NCBI GenBank assembly: GCA_963811165.1
Contig: CAWEQH010000010.1
Span: 672,001 to 736,000, forward strand
Source: an uncultured Nitrospiraceae bacterium
Lineage (GTDB): Bacteria; Nitrospirota; Thermodesulfovibrionia; Thermodesulfovibrionales; UBA6898
Length of the DNA stretch: 64,000 nucleotides
Reading direction: 5' to 3'
This document shows, piece by piece, positions 39,845-47,750 of the stretch (positions are counted from its first letter, which is position 1; every line of letters starts with the position of its first letter). The position numbers were made by a program, and so were the translations under genes. The notes beneath the pieces were generated by a model that was not told the origin of the DNA, made no database searches, and saw only the letters and a list, made by a program, of their open reading frames with translations.

Positions 39845-40486
39845 ATGGGTAAGTGGGGAAACAATAGGCCTAAGATCGGTTTAATTGTTTTGGCATTTGT
39901 ATTGCCAATTTTTACAGGGTGCGCGTTCTCCGTTGATCGAATAGACCTTTCGTACGATGCGCAGCAGAACGTACAAAAAATGGCCGGAGTTGACAATATC
40001 TCAATAGAAGTAAATGTAAAAGATGTGCGGACGCAGACGGACAGAGTGAGTTCCAAGGGGGTTGCCAACCAAGCAGCTGCGATAATTTCCAACCAGGACG
40101 TATCCAAGCTTGTCAAAGAGGCTATAGAACGAGAGCTGGCGCAACGGGGGTATATGGTTTCACCCGGTCATGTCATCATTATGTGCGACCTGAGCAACTT
40201 CTGGGCGAAGTGGGAGATGGGGTTCTGGGCAGGCAAAGCACACGGGTCTTGTCAGTTTATGGTTAAAGTTCTTGACCAAAAAAGAACGCTCATTTTCTCG
40301 GATATCATCAGTGGAGAATCCACGAAAGATGGCATCCAACTTACGTCAGGCGATAATGCAAAGGAAGTGCTTGAACTTGCTTTAAAAGATGCGATGAAGA
40401 AGCTTTTTCAGACACAAGATTTTTTTGACGCCATAGCTAAAGCGGCTGGCAAAGAGCGAATGGCAAAGTCTGACATAAAAGAATGA
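39845..40486 (+). CDS. Cassette 7 lipoprotein, YajG-like
   Basis: Lipobox FTGC; V.VKDVR...VSSK...ELAQRG. Confidence 0.7.
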   Translation: MGKWGNNRPKIGLIVLAFVLPIFTGCAFSVDRIDLSYDAQQNVQKMAGVDNISIEVNVKDVRTQTDRVSSKGVANQAAAIISNQDVSKLVKEAIERELAQRGYMVSPGHVIIMCDLSNFWAKWEMGFWAGKAHGSCQFMVKVLDQKRTLIFSDIISGESTKDGIQLTSGDNAKEVLELALKDAMKKLFQTQDFFDAIAKAAGKERMAKSDIKE

Positions 40487-40562
40487 AAAGGTGAAAGCGC
40501 GGGGCTGATTATTGATAGCGACAGCGGAATAGAGACAACGCCCTGATAAAAAAACAAGAGGC

Positions 40563-40657
40563 GTACAACAAGCGCATCGAGAGGGACGCGGGAATAGCCG
40601 TCATTCTTTTTCATTCTGGCGTGGTTGCTCCCGCGCTCCTCATGCTTGTCGTTGTGG
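40563..40657 (+). repeat. attC site 7
   Basis: GTACAAC (complement of GTTGTAC at 39752)...GCAT(C)GAG..CGCGGGA / TCCCGCG..CTCATGC...GTTGTGG. Confidence 0.88.
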
Positions 40658-40718
40658 CGAATATATATAAATAATCTCTGTCAATACGTTATAATTTGGT
40701 CATAGCGGAGGTAAAAAT

Positions 40719-40931
40719 ATGAATACAGAATTTACTGCAATAATGAAACAGGCTGGAGAATGGTGGATCGGCTGGATTGAGGAAATTCCAGGCGTAAACT
40801 GTCAGGAGCGAACCCGCGAAGATTTAATTGAAACCCTTCGTATTACACTTAAAGAAGCACTCGAATTTAACCGTCAAGATGCTATCGCCGCCGTAGGCTC
40901 AGGATACACAGAAGAAAAAATTGCAGTATGA
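40719..40931 (+). CDS. hicB: HicB-family antitoxin (short), cassette 8
   Basis: WWIGWIEEIPGVNCQERTREDL RNase H-like HicB pattern. Confidence 0.85.
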   Translation: MNTEFTAIMKQAGEWWIGWIEEIPGVNCQERTREDLIETLRITLKEALEFNRQDAIAAVGSGYTEEKIAV

Positions 40932-41116
40932 AACGCAGTGACCTGTTGAAATATCTGCGGGCACAAGGCTGTGAATTTATCAGAGAAGGTAGCCGACACT
41001 CTTGGTGGGGGAACCCAAGTCAAAATAAGAGATCATCTGTCCCAAGGCATAATGAAATTGATGATCATCTTGCACGAAAGATCTGTAAAGATCTCGGAAT
41101 AAAACAAATAAACTAA
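40928..41116 (+). CDS. hicA: HicA-family toxin, cassette 8
   Basis: MKRSDLLKYL..QGC...REGSRH...VPRHNEID...ICKDLGI. Confidence 0.9.
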   Translation: MKRSDLLKYLRAQGCEFIREGSRHSWWGNPSQNKRSSVPRHNEIDDHLARKICKDLGIKQIN

Positions 41117-41117
41117 G

Positions 41118-41209
41118 CCACAACAATTTGCTCCAGGCGACGCTGTGATTAGCCGCTTTTTCGTTTTCATCTTTTGTCGACCCAGCGCGCCTGAGCACGG
41201 TCGTTACCC
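41118..41209 (+). repeat. attC site 8
   Basis: CCACAAC...TGCT(C)CAGGCG(A)CGCTG / CAGCGCGCCTGAGCA...GTTACCC. Confidence 0.88.
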
Positions 41210-41274
41210 TTAGAAATATAGAAAAATGATAATGTATAATGCAGCCAAAGGGTAATTTAACAAAAGGAGTACAC

Positions 41275-41475
41275 ATGTCAAAGGTTGAAGAAATTAAAGA
41301 AGCCATTGACTCATTGCCGGAGCAGGAATATGTCGAGTTGCGGCGTTGGTTATCCGAAAAGGACTGGGCAAAATGGGACCAGCAAATTGCTGAGCATTCC
41401 GATTCGGGAAAACTGGATTTTTTAATCACAGAAGCAAAAGAAGCAAAATCAAATAATAAACTTCGGGAACTTTAA
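41275..41475 (+). CDS. Putative antitoxin, cassette 9 (paralog of 33167-33367)
   Basis: MSKVEEIKEAI..L...WDQQIAEH..SGKLD; AAGGAG RBS; TGTATAAT upstream. Confidence 0.75.
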   Translation: MSKVEEIKEAIDSLPEQEYVELRRWLSEKDWAKWDQQIAEHSDSGKLDFLITEAKEAKSNNKLREL

Positions 41476-41567
41476 TTGCACCGTTCGACAGATCGCTTCT
41501 GGGAATGTTTCGACCGGCTGCCCGACCCAGTTCAAAAAACGGTAAAACAGCCTTTTTCTATAGACTC
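41476..41567 (+). pseudogene. Truncated RelE/ParE-like toxin ending in an IS1182 right-end scar
   Basis: MHRSTDRFWECFDRLPDPVQK then AAAACAGCCTTTTTCTATAGACTC|GTT, similar to the IS end at 39727-39751. Confidence 0.7.
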
Positions 41568-41660
41568 GTTATGTCCAAATAAAATAATGAAAATAATATC
41601 ACTGCGTCGCTTTGTGGTATCATATTTTCAGGTGCCACAGAAACAAATCGAGGTGAAGAA

Positions 41661-41858
41661 ATGAAGACAAAATTAAAGATGATTTACTGGAAGGGTGAGA
41701 AATTTTGGGTGGGGAAATTACTGGATCATCCTGAAATAATGACTCAAGGCGAAACACTAGAAGAACTCGAAGAAAATATGAAAGAAGCCTACATGCTTAT
41801 GACAATGGATGATGTTCCGCCGAAACATAAGATCAAGGAAGTTATTCTCTCGGTTTGA
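41661..41858 (+). CDS. hicB: HicB-family antitoxin (short), cassette 10
   Basis: PEIMTQGETLEELEENMKEAY. Confidence 0.87.
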   Translation: MKTKLKMIYWKGEKFWVGKLLDHPEIMTQGETLEELEENMKEAYMLMTMDDVPPKHKIKEVILSV

Positions 41859-42055
41859 AGAGAAAAATATTAATTAGAAAGCTCACCACTGCAGGTTGTG
41901 TTTTATTGCGGCATGGTCAGCGTCACGATCTCTATCTCAATCCGAAAACTGGCAAAAAGCAGCCTGTACCACGCCATAACGAAATCGACGAAAATCTTTC
42001 ACGGCATATAATCAGAGAATTGACAGAACAAATTGCTCAACCAGACTCGCAATAA
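41855..42055 (+). CDS. hicA: HicA-family toxin, cassette 10
   Basis: GCVLLRHGQRHDLYLNP...PVPRHNEI. Confidence 0.9.
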   Translation: MKRKILIRKLTTAGCVLLRHGQRHDLYLNPKTGKKQPVPRHNEIDENLSRHIIRELTEQIAQPDSQ

Positions 42056-42113
42056 ACGCGGTTTGGTTTTCATTGTTAGTCTCTGCGCTCGCTGGTTAGC
42101 ACGGTCGTTATCT
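42023..42113 (+). repeat. attC site after cassette 10
   Basis: ACAGAAC...TGCT(C)AACCAG(A) / CTGGTTAGCA...GTTATCT. Confidence 0.82.
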
Positions 42114-42186
42114 GCAAAATAATATTTGATAAATACATATCAATGAGACATACTAATACAGATATATTATATTGATAGGAGAATTT

Positions 42187-42384
42187 ATGAAGACTACACT
42201 CAACATAGAAGGCAAATTACTTGAAAGAGCATCAAAGTTGACGGGAATTAAGGAAAAGACATCTCTTGTCAGGCTTGGACTTGAAGCCCTTATCGCAAAG
42301 GAAAGCGGCAAGAGACTTGCAAAACTCGGAGGCACTGAAAAGAAATTAGACGTGATACCCCGCAGAAGATCGGCAGGCGCATAA
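42187..42384 (+). CDS. vapB: VapB-family antitoxin, cassette 11
   Basis: MKTTLNI...LL..A..LTG..EKT.LV..GL.ALI RHH pattern; precedes a PIN gene. Confidence 0.85.
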   Translation: MKTTLNIEGKLLERASKLTGIKEKTSLVRLGLEALIAKESGKRLAKLGGTEKKLDVIPRRRSAGA

Positions 42385-42385
42385 G

Positions 42386-42760
42386 ATGGTTCTTGTTGAC
42401 ACTTCGGTATGGGTCGAACATTTCCGATCCGGCAACATCGGACTTGAAAACCTGTTGAATGAAGGCGATGTTGCTTGTCATCAATTCATCACCGGTGAAC
42501 TCGCATGCGGTAATCTTTCAAACAGAGCTGAAATTCTGTCTCTGTTGCGGGCGCTACCTCTGGCAAACCATGCCGAACACGAGGAGGTAATGCAATTTAT
42601 CGAGAACTATAAACTAATGGGAAAAGGGTTGGGGTACGTTGATATGCATTTGATCGCTTCGGCTGTATTGTCTGGAGTCCCAATCTGGACACTCGACAAG
42701 AAACTCAAAGATGTTTCCTCAAAACTGGGTTTAGACTACCAACAAACGACGGGCAGATAA
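42386..42760 (+). CDS. vapC: VapC PIN-domain toxin, cassette 11
   Basis: VLVDTSVWV, GELACG, GLGYVDMHL, IWTLDKKL. Confidence 0.9.
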   Translation: MVLVDTSVWVEHFRSGNIGLENLLNEGDVACHQFITGELACGNLSNRAEILSLLRALPLANHAEHEEVMQFIENYKLMGKGLGYVDMHLIASAVLSGVPIWTLDKKLKDVSSKLGLDYQQTTGR

Positions 42761-42843
42761 CACCGCTTTCAACCAGACGCGGAATAAGCCTGGTTCGTTT
42801 TCGATAAAGGCGGTTGCCGCGCTGGTTAAAGCCATCGTTCTGT
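42755..42843 (+). repeat. attC site after cassette 11
   Basis: AGATAAC...GCTTT(C)AACCAG(A)CGCGG / CCGCGCTGGTTAAAGC...GTTCTGT. Confidence 0.9.
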
Positions 42844-42844
42844 G

Positions 42845-43330
42845 ATGATTAATAAAATAATAAAGACAATATCGGCAGTCATCGGCATTGCCTTAGTCGC
42901 TGCGATTGCATTTGCGGAAGCGTCCGAAAAGAGAGATAACGATTTGAAAGTATATCCACTTCTTACTACGACAATGGACAGTCCGTCTTTCGTAGTTGAA
43001 TATACAAATCACGAAGGTAGGAAAGTGTATCTGCCTGAAATGCTCAAAAAAGAAATAATCATACTCGATGGTCAAGAATATACAAGAAAAGTACTCGCAT
43101 TCGGGGGCATTGCCTTCTTGGAACCCGGGGCAGAATGGAAACACACCGTTGATATAAATGAATTTCTTTTCAACTCTGAAAGGCAAAAATATAGTCCTAC
43201 ACTGGGCCGCTGGCGTTGGCAAAGCCTCTTAAAATCCGGAAAACATACATTGGTTGTCAAATTCGCAGGAAAGGAATCTCCGCTGATAGAATTTGAATGG
43301 GATAACAGCATCCCTTTTTTGTATAAATAA
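42845..43330 (+). CDS. Cassette 12 secreted protein, unknown function
   Basis: Signal peptide ending AFA; beta-rich body. Confidence 0.72.
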   Translation: MINKIIKTISAVIGIALVAAIAFAEASEKRDNDLKVYPLLTTTMDSPSFVVEYTNHEGRKVYLPEMLKKEIIILDGQEYTRKVLAFGGIAFLEPGAEWKHTVDINEFLFNSERQKYSPTLGRWRWQSLLKSGKHTLVVKFAGKESPLIEFEWDNSIPFLYK

Positions 43331-43355
43331 AGCATTTTATTGTGAAAGAAAGACC

Positions 43356-43443
43356 ACAGAACAAATGACTCAACCAGATGGCGAATAAGCTCGGCGTATT
43401 TCGCAAAGGTGGCTGCCGCCACTGGTCAGCCATTTCGTCCGGG
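43356..43443 (+). repeat. Last attC site (R' reads GTC rather than GTT)
   Basis: ACAGAAC...ACCAG(A)TGGCG / CGCCACTGGT...GTCCGGG. Confidence 0.78.
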
Positions 43444-43451
43444 AAAACACT

Positions 43452-44069
43452 ATGTCATCAAAAAAATATCATATAGCACTGTTGATATTAGTATTGTCTT
43501 TTTGGACTTGGTCGGGAATCAAGCCGCAGGACACCCGCCTTACCTGGGTCCTGGAAACCTTCCCGTTCATGCTCGCGTTGCCGGTTTTGCTGCTAACCTA
43601 TAAGAGATTCACGCTTAGCAATTTAACCTATACCCTCATCGCAATCCACGCAATGATCCTAATGTTAGGCGGCCATTACTCTTATGCCAGGGTACCACTG
43701 GGCTTCTGGATGGAAGGTTGGTTCGGCTGGACGCGCAATAATTACGACAAGATCGGTCACTTCATGCAGGGATTTGGGCCTGCGGTATATACGCGCGAAG
43801 TCTTAGCGCGAACCTCACCGCTTAGGCGCGGCAAGTGGCTGGGGTTTTTATCCATCACCGTACCTTTGGCTTTTTCGGCATTATACGAAATTTTTGAATG
43901 GGCAGCTTCTCTCTCCAGTCCGGCTGACACCGAAGCCTTTCTTGGAACACAGGGTTACATCTGGGACACGCAAACCGATATGCTTTGGTGTCTCATCGGT
44001 TCGGTTGTTGCGATAGTCGTACTTACGAAATTGCACGACAGATATCTGGCAGGGATCAGTGCGCCGTGA
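43452..44069 (+). CDS. DUF2238 / YjdF-family inner membrane protein
   Basis: TWVLE, GGHYSYARVP, RNNYDKIGH, YEIFEW, FLGTQGYIWDTQTDM. Confidence 0.85.
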   Translation: MSSKKYHIALLILVLSFWTWSGIKPQDTRLTWVLETFPFMLALPVLLLTYKRFTLSNLTYTLIAIHAMILMLGGHYSYARVPLGFWMEGWFGWTRNNYDKIGHFMQGFGPAVYTREVLARTSPLRRGKWLGFLSITVPLAFSALYEIFEWAASLSSPADTEAFLGTQGYIWDTQTDMLWCLIGSVVAIVVLTKLHDRYLAGISAP

Positions 44070-44154
44070 TTTTCACCGGATGTGGGGTTTGGCCTGCACG
44101 GGTCTCTCGGCTCAACTCGCCCCCGGACACCGCTGAAACAGGGAGGTACCGACA

Positions 44155-44424
44155 ATGTGCAGGAATATCAAGACCCTCTTTAACTTCGAACCGCCTGTGA
44201 CGGACGAAGAGATTCGGGATGCCGCACTGCAATTCGTGAGGAAAGTAAGCGGTTTCAACAAGCCCTCGAACGTCAACGAAACTGCATTCTTTGCGGCTGT
44301 CGATGAGATTATGGCAGCCTCCAGGAACCTCTTGAACTCGCTTGAGACGAACTCACCGCCCAGGCACCGCGAAGAAGAGTCTGCCAAGACACTGGCACGC
44401 GCTAAAAAAAGGTTTTCCAAGTAA
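44155..44424 (+). CDS. DUF2277-family protein
   Basis: MCRNIKTLFNFEPP.T..EI..AALQFVRKVSG. Confidence 0.8.
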   Translation: MCRNIKTLFNFEPPVTDEEIRDAALQFVRKVSGFNKPSNVNETAFFAAVDEIMAASRNLLNSLETNSPPRHREEESAKTLARAKKRFSK

Positions 44425-44476
44425 AGAGAAGCCGGGCCGTAAGCTATAGATTCAAGGCGCCGGTATCAAACAGGCC

Positions 44477-45277
44477 CTACCCTACAGTCACCTGCTCGCC
44501 GACTGAGATACTGCCCTCCTGCCCGGCGTTTCCCCCGCTTATAAATAATTCAAGAAGCCCTGAGCTGTTTACAACAGAGCATAAAACGCCCTTTTCCCCT
44601 TCCGCGTAAAAGCCCTTTAGCGGGACCTCTTTCCCCCTGAATATCACTCTGCAGGGACAGCCTTTTTTGCGGCTGCATGCCATATCCATGTCGGACTTTC
44701 TGATGTTCGTTATTGCATTGCCGAACCTGTCCATAAAAATGACATCGCCCTGCACCTCGCCTTCCGGACCCACTAGGGGGAGGGGCAAGGCGATCTTTTT
44801 GTAATCCGTAACCTGGTCCCCGAATTTCTCCATCTGCACGCCCCTCGACCACCATGCGGCAACGGGCGCAAAGACGTCACGGCCCTGGAAGGTAGGGCTT
44901 CTTTTTTGGAGGAAATAGTGGTCTGCCGTGACATGCACCACATCGAGCGTATCATGCTCCATTTGATAAATATAAGAGAAGACGCCGTTGTCCGGCCCAA
45001 GGAAATAATGCCTGTCCGAAAGCACAAGAAGCGGTCTTCTTTGAGAGCCGACACCCGGATCGACAACGACAACATGGAGTGTATCGTCCGGGAAGTAGTG
45101 GAAATTGATTCCTATCGTATAGGCGGCCCCCCGAATGTCCTGGGGTCTAATTCCGTGCGTGAGATCGACAATTTCGGCATCGGGGTTGATCCTGAGGATC
45201 ACGCCCTTCATGACGCCTACGAAGGGGTCGTCGTAGCCGAAGTCCGTGGTGAGGGTTATGACCGGTCTACCCGGCAT
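44477..45277 (-). CDS. SAM hydroxide adenosyltransferase (DUF62, chlorinase/fluorinase family)
   Basis: [38 protein letters not shown]. Confidence 0.9.
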   Translation of the reverse strand: MPGRPVITLTTDFGYDDPFVGVMKGVILRINPDAEIVDLTHGIRPQDIRGAAYTIGINFHYFPDDTLHVVVVDPGVGSQRRPLLVLSDRHYFLGPDNGVFSYIYQMEHDTLDVVHVTADHYFLQKRSPTFQGRDVFAPVAAWWSRGVQMEKFGDQVTDYKKIALPLPLVGPEGEVQGDVIFMDRFGNAITNIRKSDMDMACSRKKGCPCRVIFRGKEVPLKGFYAEGEKGVLCSVVNSSGLLELFISGGNAGQEGSISVGEQVTVG

Positions 45278-46178
45278 GGACAGTTCCCGTTAAAGAACCG
45301 ATATCCTCTATCCCTTCCCTCTCCATATAATCGATTATACCATCTAGTATCCCGATCGTCGCCCGGGGGTCCACAAAATTCGCGGTCCCGACCGCAACTG
45401 CCGATGCACCCGCAACTATGAATTCTATCGCGTCATCAGCGCTCATTATGCCGCCCATACCGATGAGAGGGACCTTGACGGACTTATATACCTCATACAC
45501 CATCCTTACCGCAACAGGCTTGATCGCAGGCCCCGAAAGCCCGCCCGTGACATTGGCAAGCTTCGGTCTCCTCGTCCTTATGTCGATCGCCATGCCGGTA
45601 ATCGTATTAATCAGGGACAACGCGTCGGCCCCCGCATCTTCTGCAGCGCGCGCCATGACCGCGATATCAGTCACATTTGGGGAAAGCTTGACGATAAGCG
45701 GAAGGGCGGTATTCTTTCTGACAGCACTCACCACCTCAAACGTCACCTTCGGGTCCGTGCCGAATATGCACCACCCCGCCTGTTTGTTCGGACACGATAT
45801 GTTCATCTCAAGGCCATGGACGCCTTCGGCGGCGCTGAGCATCTCTGCGGCAGAAACGTATTCGTCAACGGAATCACCAAAGAAATTCACGATCACGGAG
45901 GTATCAAATGTCCTTAGGAAAGGGAGCTTCTCATCGATAAACCTCTCGATGCCTATGTTCTGAAGTCCTATGGCATTGAGCATCCCGGCAGCGGTCTCGA
46001 CCACTCGCGGAGGGGGGTTGCCTTCTTTAGGCTTTGGAGAAAGACCCTTGACGACCACGGCGCCGAGCCTGCCTAAGTCGATGAACTCCGCATATTCCTC
46101 GCCGTATCCGAACGTGCCCGAGGCAGTCATGACAGGATTTTTAAGCCTCAATTTGCCGATATTTACCTCAAGGTTCAT
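45267..46178 (-). CDS. pyrD: Dihydroorotate dehydrogenase, family 1B catalytic subunit
   Basis: [38 protein letters not shown]; start taken at MNLEV. Confidence 0.95.
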   Translation of the reverse strand: MNLEVNIGKLRLKNPVMTASGTFGYGEEYAEFIDLGRLGAVVVKGLSPKPKEGNPPPRVVETAAGMLNAIGLQNIGIERFIDEKLPFLRTFDTSVIVNFFGDSVDEYVSAAEMLSAAEGVHGLEMNISCPNKQAGWCIFGTDPKVTFEVVSAVRKNTALPLIVKLSPNVTDIAVMARAAEDAGADALSLINTITGMAIDIRTRRPKLANVTGGLSGPAIKPVAVRMVYEVYKSVKVPLIGMGGIMSADDAIEFIVAGASAVAVGTANFVDPRATIGILDGIIDYMEREGIEDIGSLTGTVHAG

Positions 46179-46334
46179 ACCTTTATGCCATCTCCCGATT
46201 CCACCCGTCCGCAAGCAGGGGGCAATGCGTTTGAGCGGCTTCTTTTATCCCGATGAATATCGGGAGAAAAGCCCTCGGAGGTCCCGAAGGCTTTCGGGAC
46301 CGAGAATGAGCGAAAATGTATTGCCCTCTGTTTG

Positions 46335-47102
46335 CTACCACACTATCTCCCTTGCGTCGAACACCGGTCCTTCCTTACATACCCTCTTATAACCGTCCCG
46401 TGTCTTTACCACGCATCCAAGGCACGCGCCGATCCCGCACGCCATATGCTCTTCGAGCGAAACATAGGCCTTTATGTTGTTTGCGATTGCAACCTTCGCG
46501 ATCTCGCCGAGCATTACATTCGGGCCGCAGGCATAAATAACAGGTCGATGCAGGGCATCGCGCTTATGGACAAAATCGGACAGTACGTCAACGACCGTGC
46601 CTTTGACGCCGCATGAGCCGTCATCCGTGCATACGACCAGTTCTTTGTAAAACGATTCAAGGGTGTCCGTCATAAAAAGTTCCTGCTCGGCGCGTGCCCC
46701 GTAAAAGACAAAGGCTTTTTTCGATAGTTTTTCTACGAGGGAGAAAACCGATGCGATCCCGATACCGCCGGCTATCACGAGGGGGCTCTCCGAATCAGAC
46801 GGCATGGGGTAGCCGTTTCCGAGTGGACCGAGCATATTCAGCACTGTCCCCTCCTTCAAATCTTTCAGGACAGTCGTGCCCTTCCCTTTTATCCTGAAGA
46901 GTATTTGTAAGCCCTCGGCCGTGCGCCTGAAAAGGCTGAAGGCCCTTTTTAAAAGGGGGTCGAGCCCCTTGCTCACCTCAAGCATATAGAACTGTCCGGG
47001 GAAGGGTTCATCCATTGCGTCCAGGTTGGCGAGGGAAAGGAGGTTATGGTTGCGGTAGAGAGGCCGGTTCGATCGTATCTCTGCTCTGAAGTATCTACTC
47101 AA
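46335..47102 (-). CDS. pyrK: Dihydroorotate dehydrogenase electron transfer subunit
   Basis: PGQF, GPLGNG, AGGIG, ACGP, MACGIGACLGC...VCKEGPVF. Confidence 0.93.
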   Translation of the reverse strand: MSRYFRAEIRSNRPLYRNHNLLSLANLDAMDEPFPGQFYMLEVSKGLDPLLKRAFSLFRRTAEGLQILFRIKGKGTTVLKDLKEGTVLNMLGPLGNGYPMPSDSESPLVIAGGIGIASVFSLVEKLSKKAFVFYGARAEQELFMTDTLESFYKELVVCTDDGSCGVKGTVVDVLSDFVHKRDALHRPVIYACGPNVMLGEIAKVAIANNIKAYVSLEEHMACGIGACLGCVVKTRDGYKRVCKEGPVFDAREIVW

Positions 47103-47568
47103 AATTGATCTCTAATATCTCGTACTCTATCGTCCGCGCAGGGGCCTTGATAATAGCGGTGTCGCCGACGTCCTTGCCGATAAGCGCCCTTCCCACCGGA
47201 GAGCCCAGGGATATCTTGCCCCGCTTCACATCCGCCTCCTCCGGTCCCACGAGAAAAAAGACATATTCCTCGTCTGCCTCGACGTCTAAGACCTTCACCG
47301 TCGCTCCGAAGGCCACCTTCGTCTGCTTTATCTTAGAGGGGTCGATGACGTCTGCCATTGCCAGCTTGGCCTTGAGTTCCTGTATCCTGCCTTGTATGAA
47401 GGACTGCTGTTCCTTTGCCGCATGATATTCAGCGTTTTCAGAGAGGTCGCCATGAGCGCGCGCCTCTGCTATTGCCTGTATGTTTTTAGGCCTGTCGACC
47501 TTCATGAGCCTCTCGAGCTCTTCCTGCAGTTTCTTAAACCCGGCAGGTGTTAACGGTACCCTCTGCAT
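47095..47568 (-). CDS. greA: Transcription elongation factor GreA
   Basis: ARAHGDLSENAEYHAAKE; SPVGRALIGK; start at MQRVP behind an AAGGAG RBS. Confidence 0.95.
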   Translation of the reverse strand: MQRVPLTPAGFKKLQEELERLMKVDRPKNIQAIAEARAHGDLSENAEYHAAKEQQSFIQGRIQELKAKLAMADVIDPSKIKQTKVAFGATVKVLDVEADEEYVFFLVGPEEADVKRGKISLGSPVGRALIGKDVGDTAIIKAPARTIEYEILEINFE

Positions 47569-47750
47569 TATTGCTCCTTTATCTTTTCTTTCCTGAAGTA
47601 AAGTAATGTAACATGCTTGCAGCCTTTTTTTCAAAGCGGATATCTTGACCTAACCCCGCCCCATTCATTACTCTAGACAGTCATTTCTTTTTATTCTTTT
47701 AACATTAAACCGGACCGCCCGCAGGCGGTCTATTGATCCGGAGGAAAGAT

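Larger units (their letters stand above)
35114..43443 (+). mobile_element. Integron gene cassette array (~12 cassettes, 11 attC sites)
   Basis: Each intact cassette starts with GTTNNNN and ends with the complementary NNNNAAC followed by an ~88-95 bp attC hairpin; AT-rich ORFs. Confidence 0.92.

Noticed and set aside
35678..43443. Recurrent intergenic palindromes read as a CRISPR array
   Set aside because: The units are non-identical, about 90 bp long, separated by whole genes, and show attC architecture; no cas genes are present.
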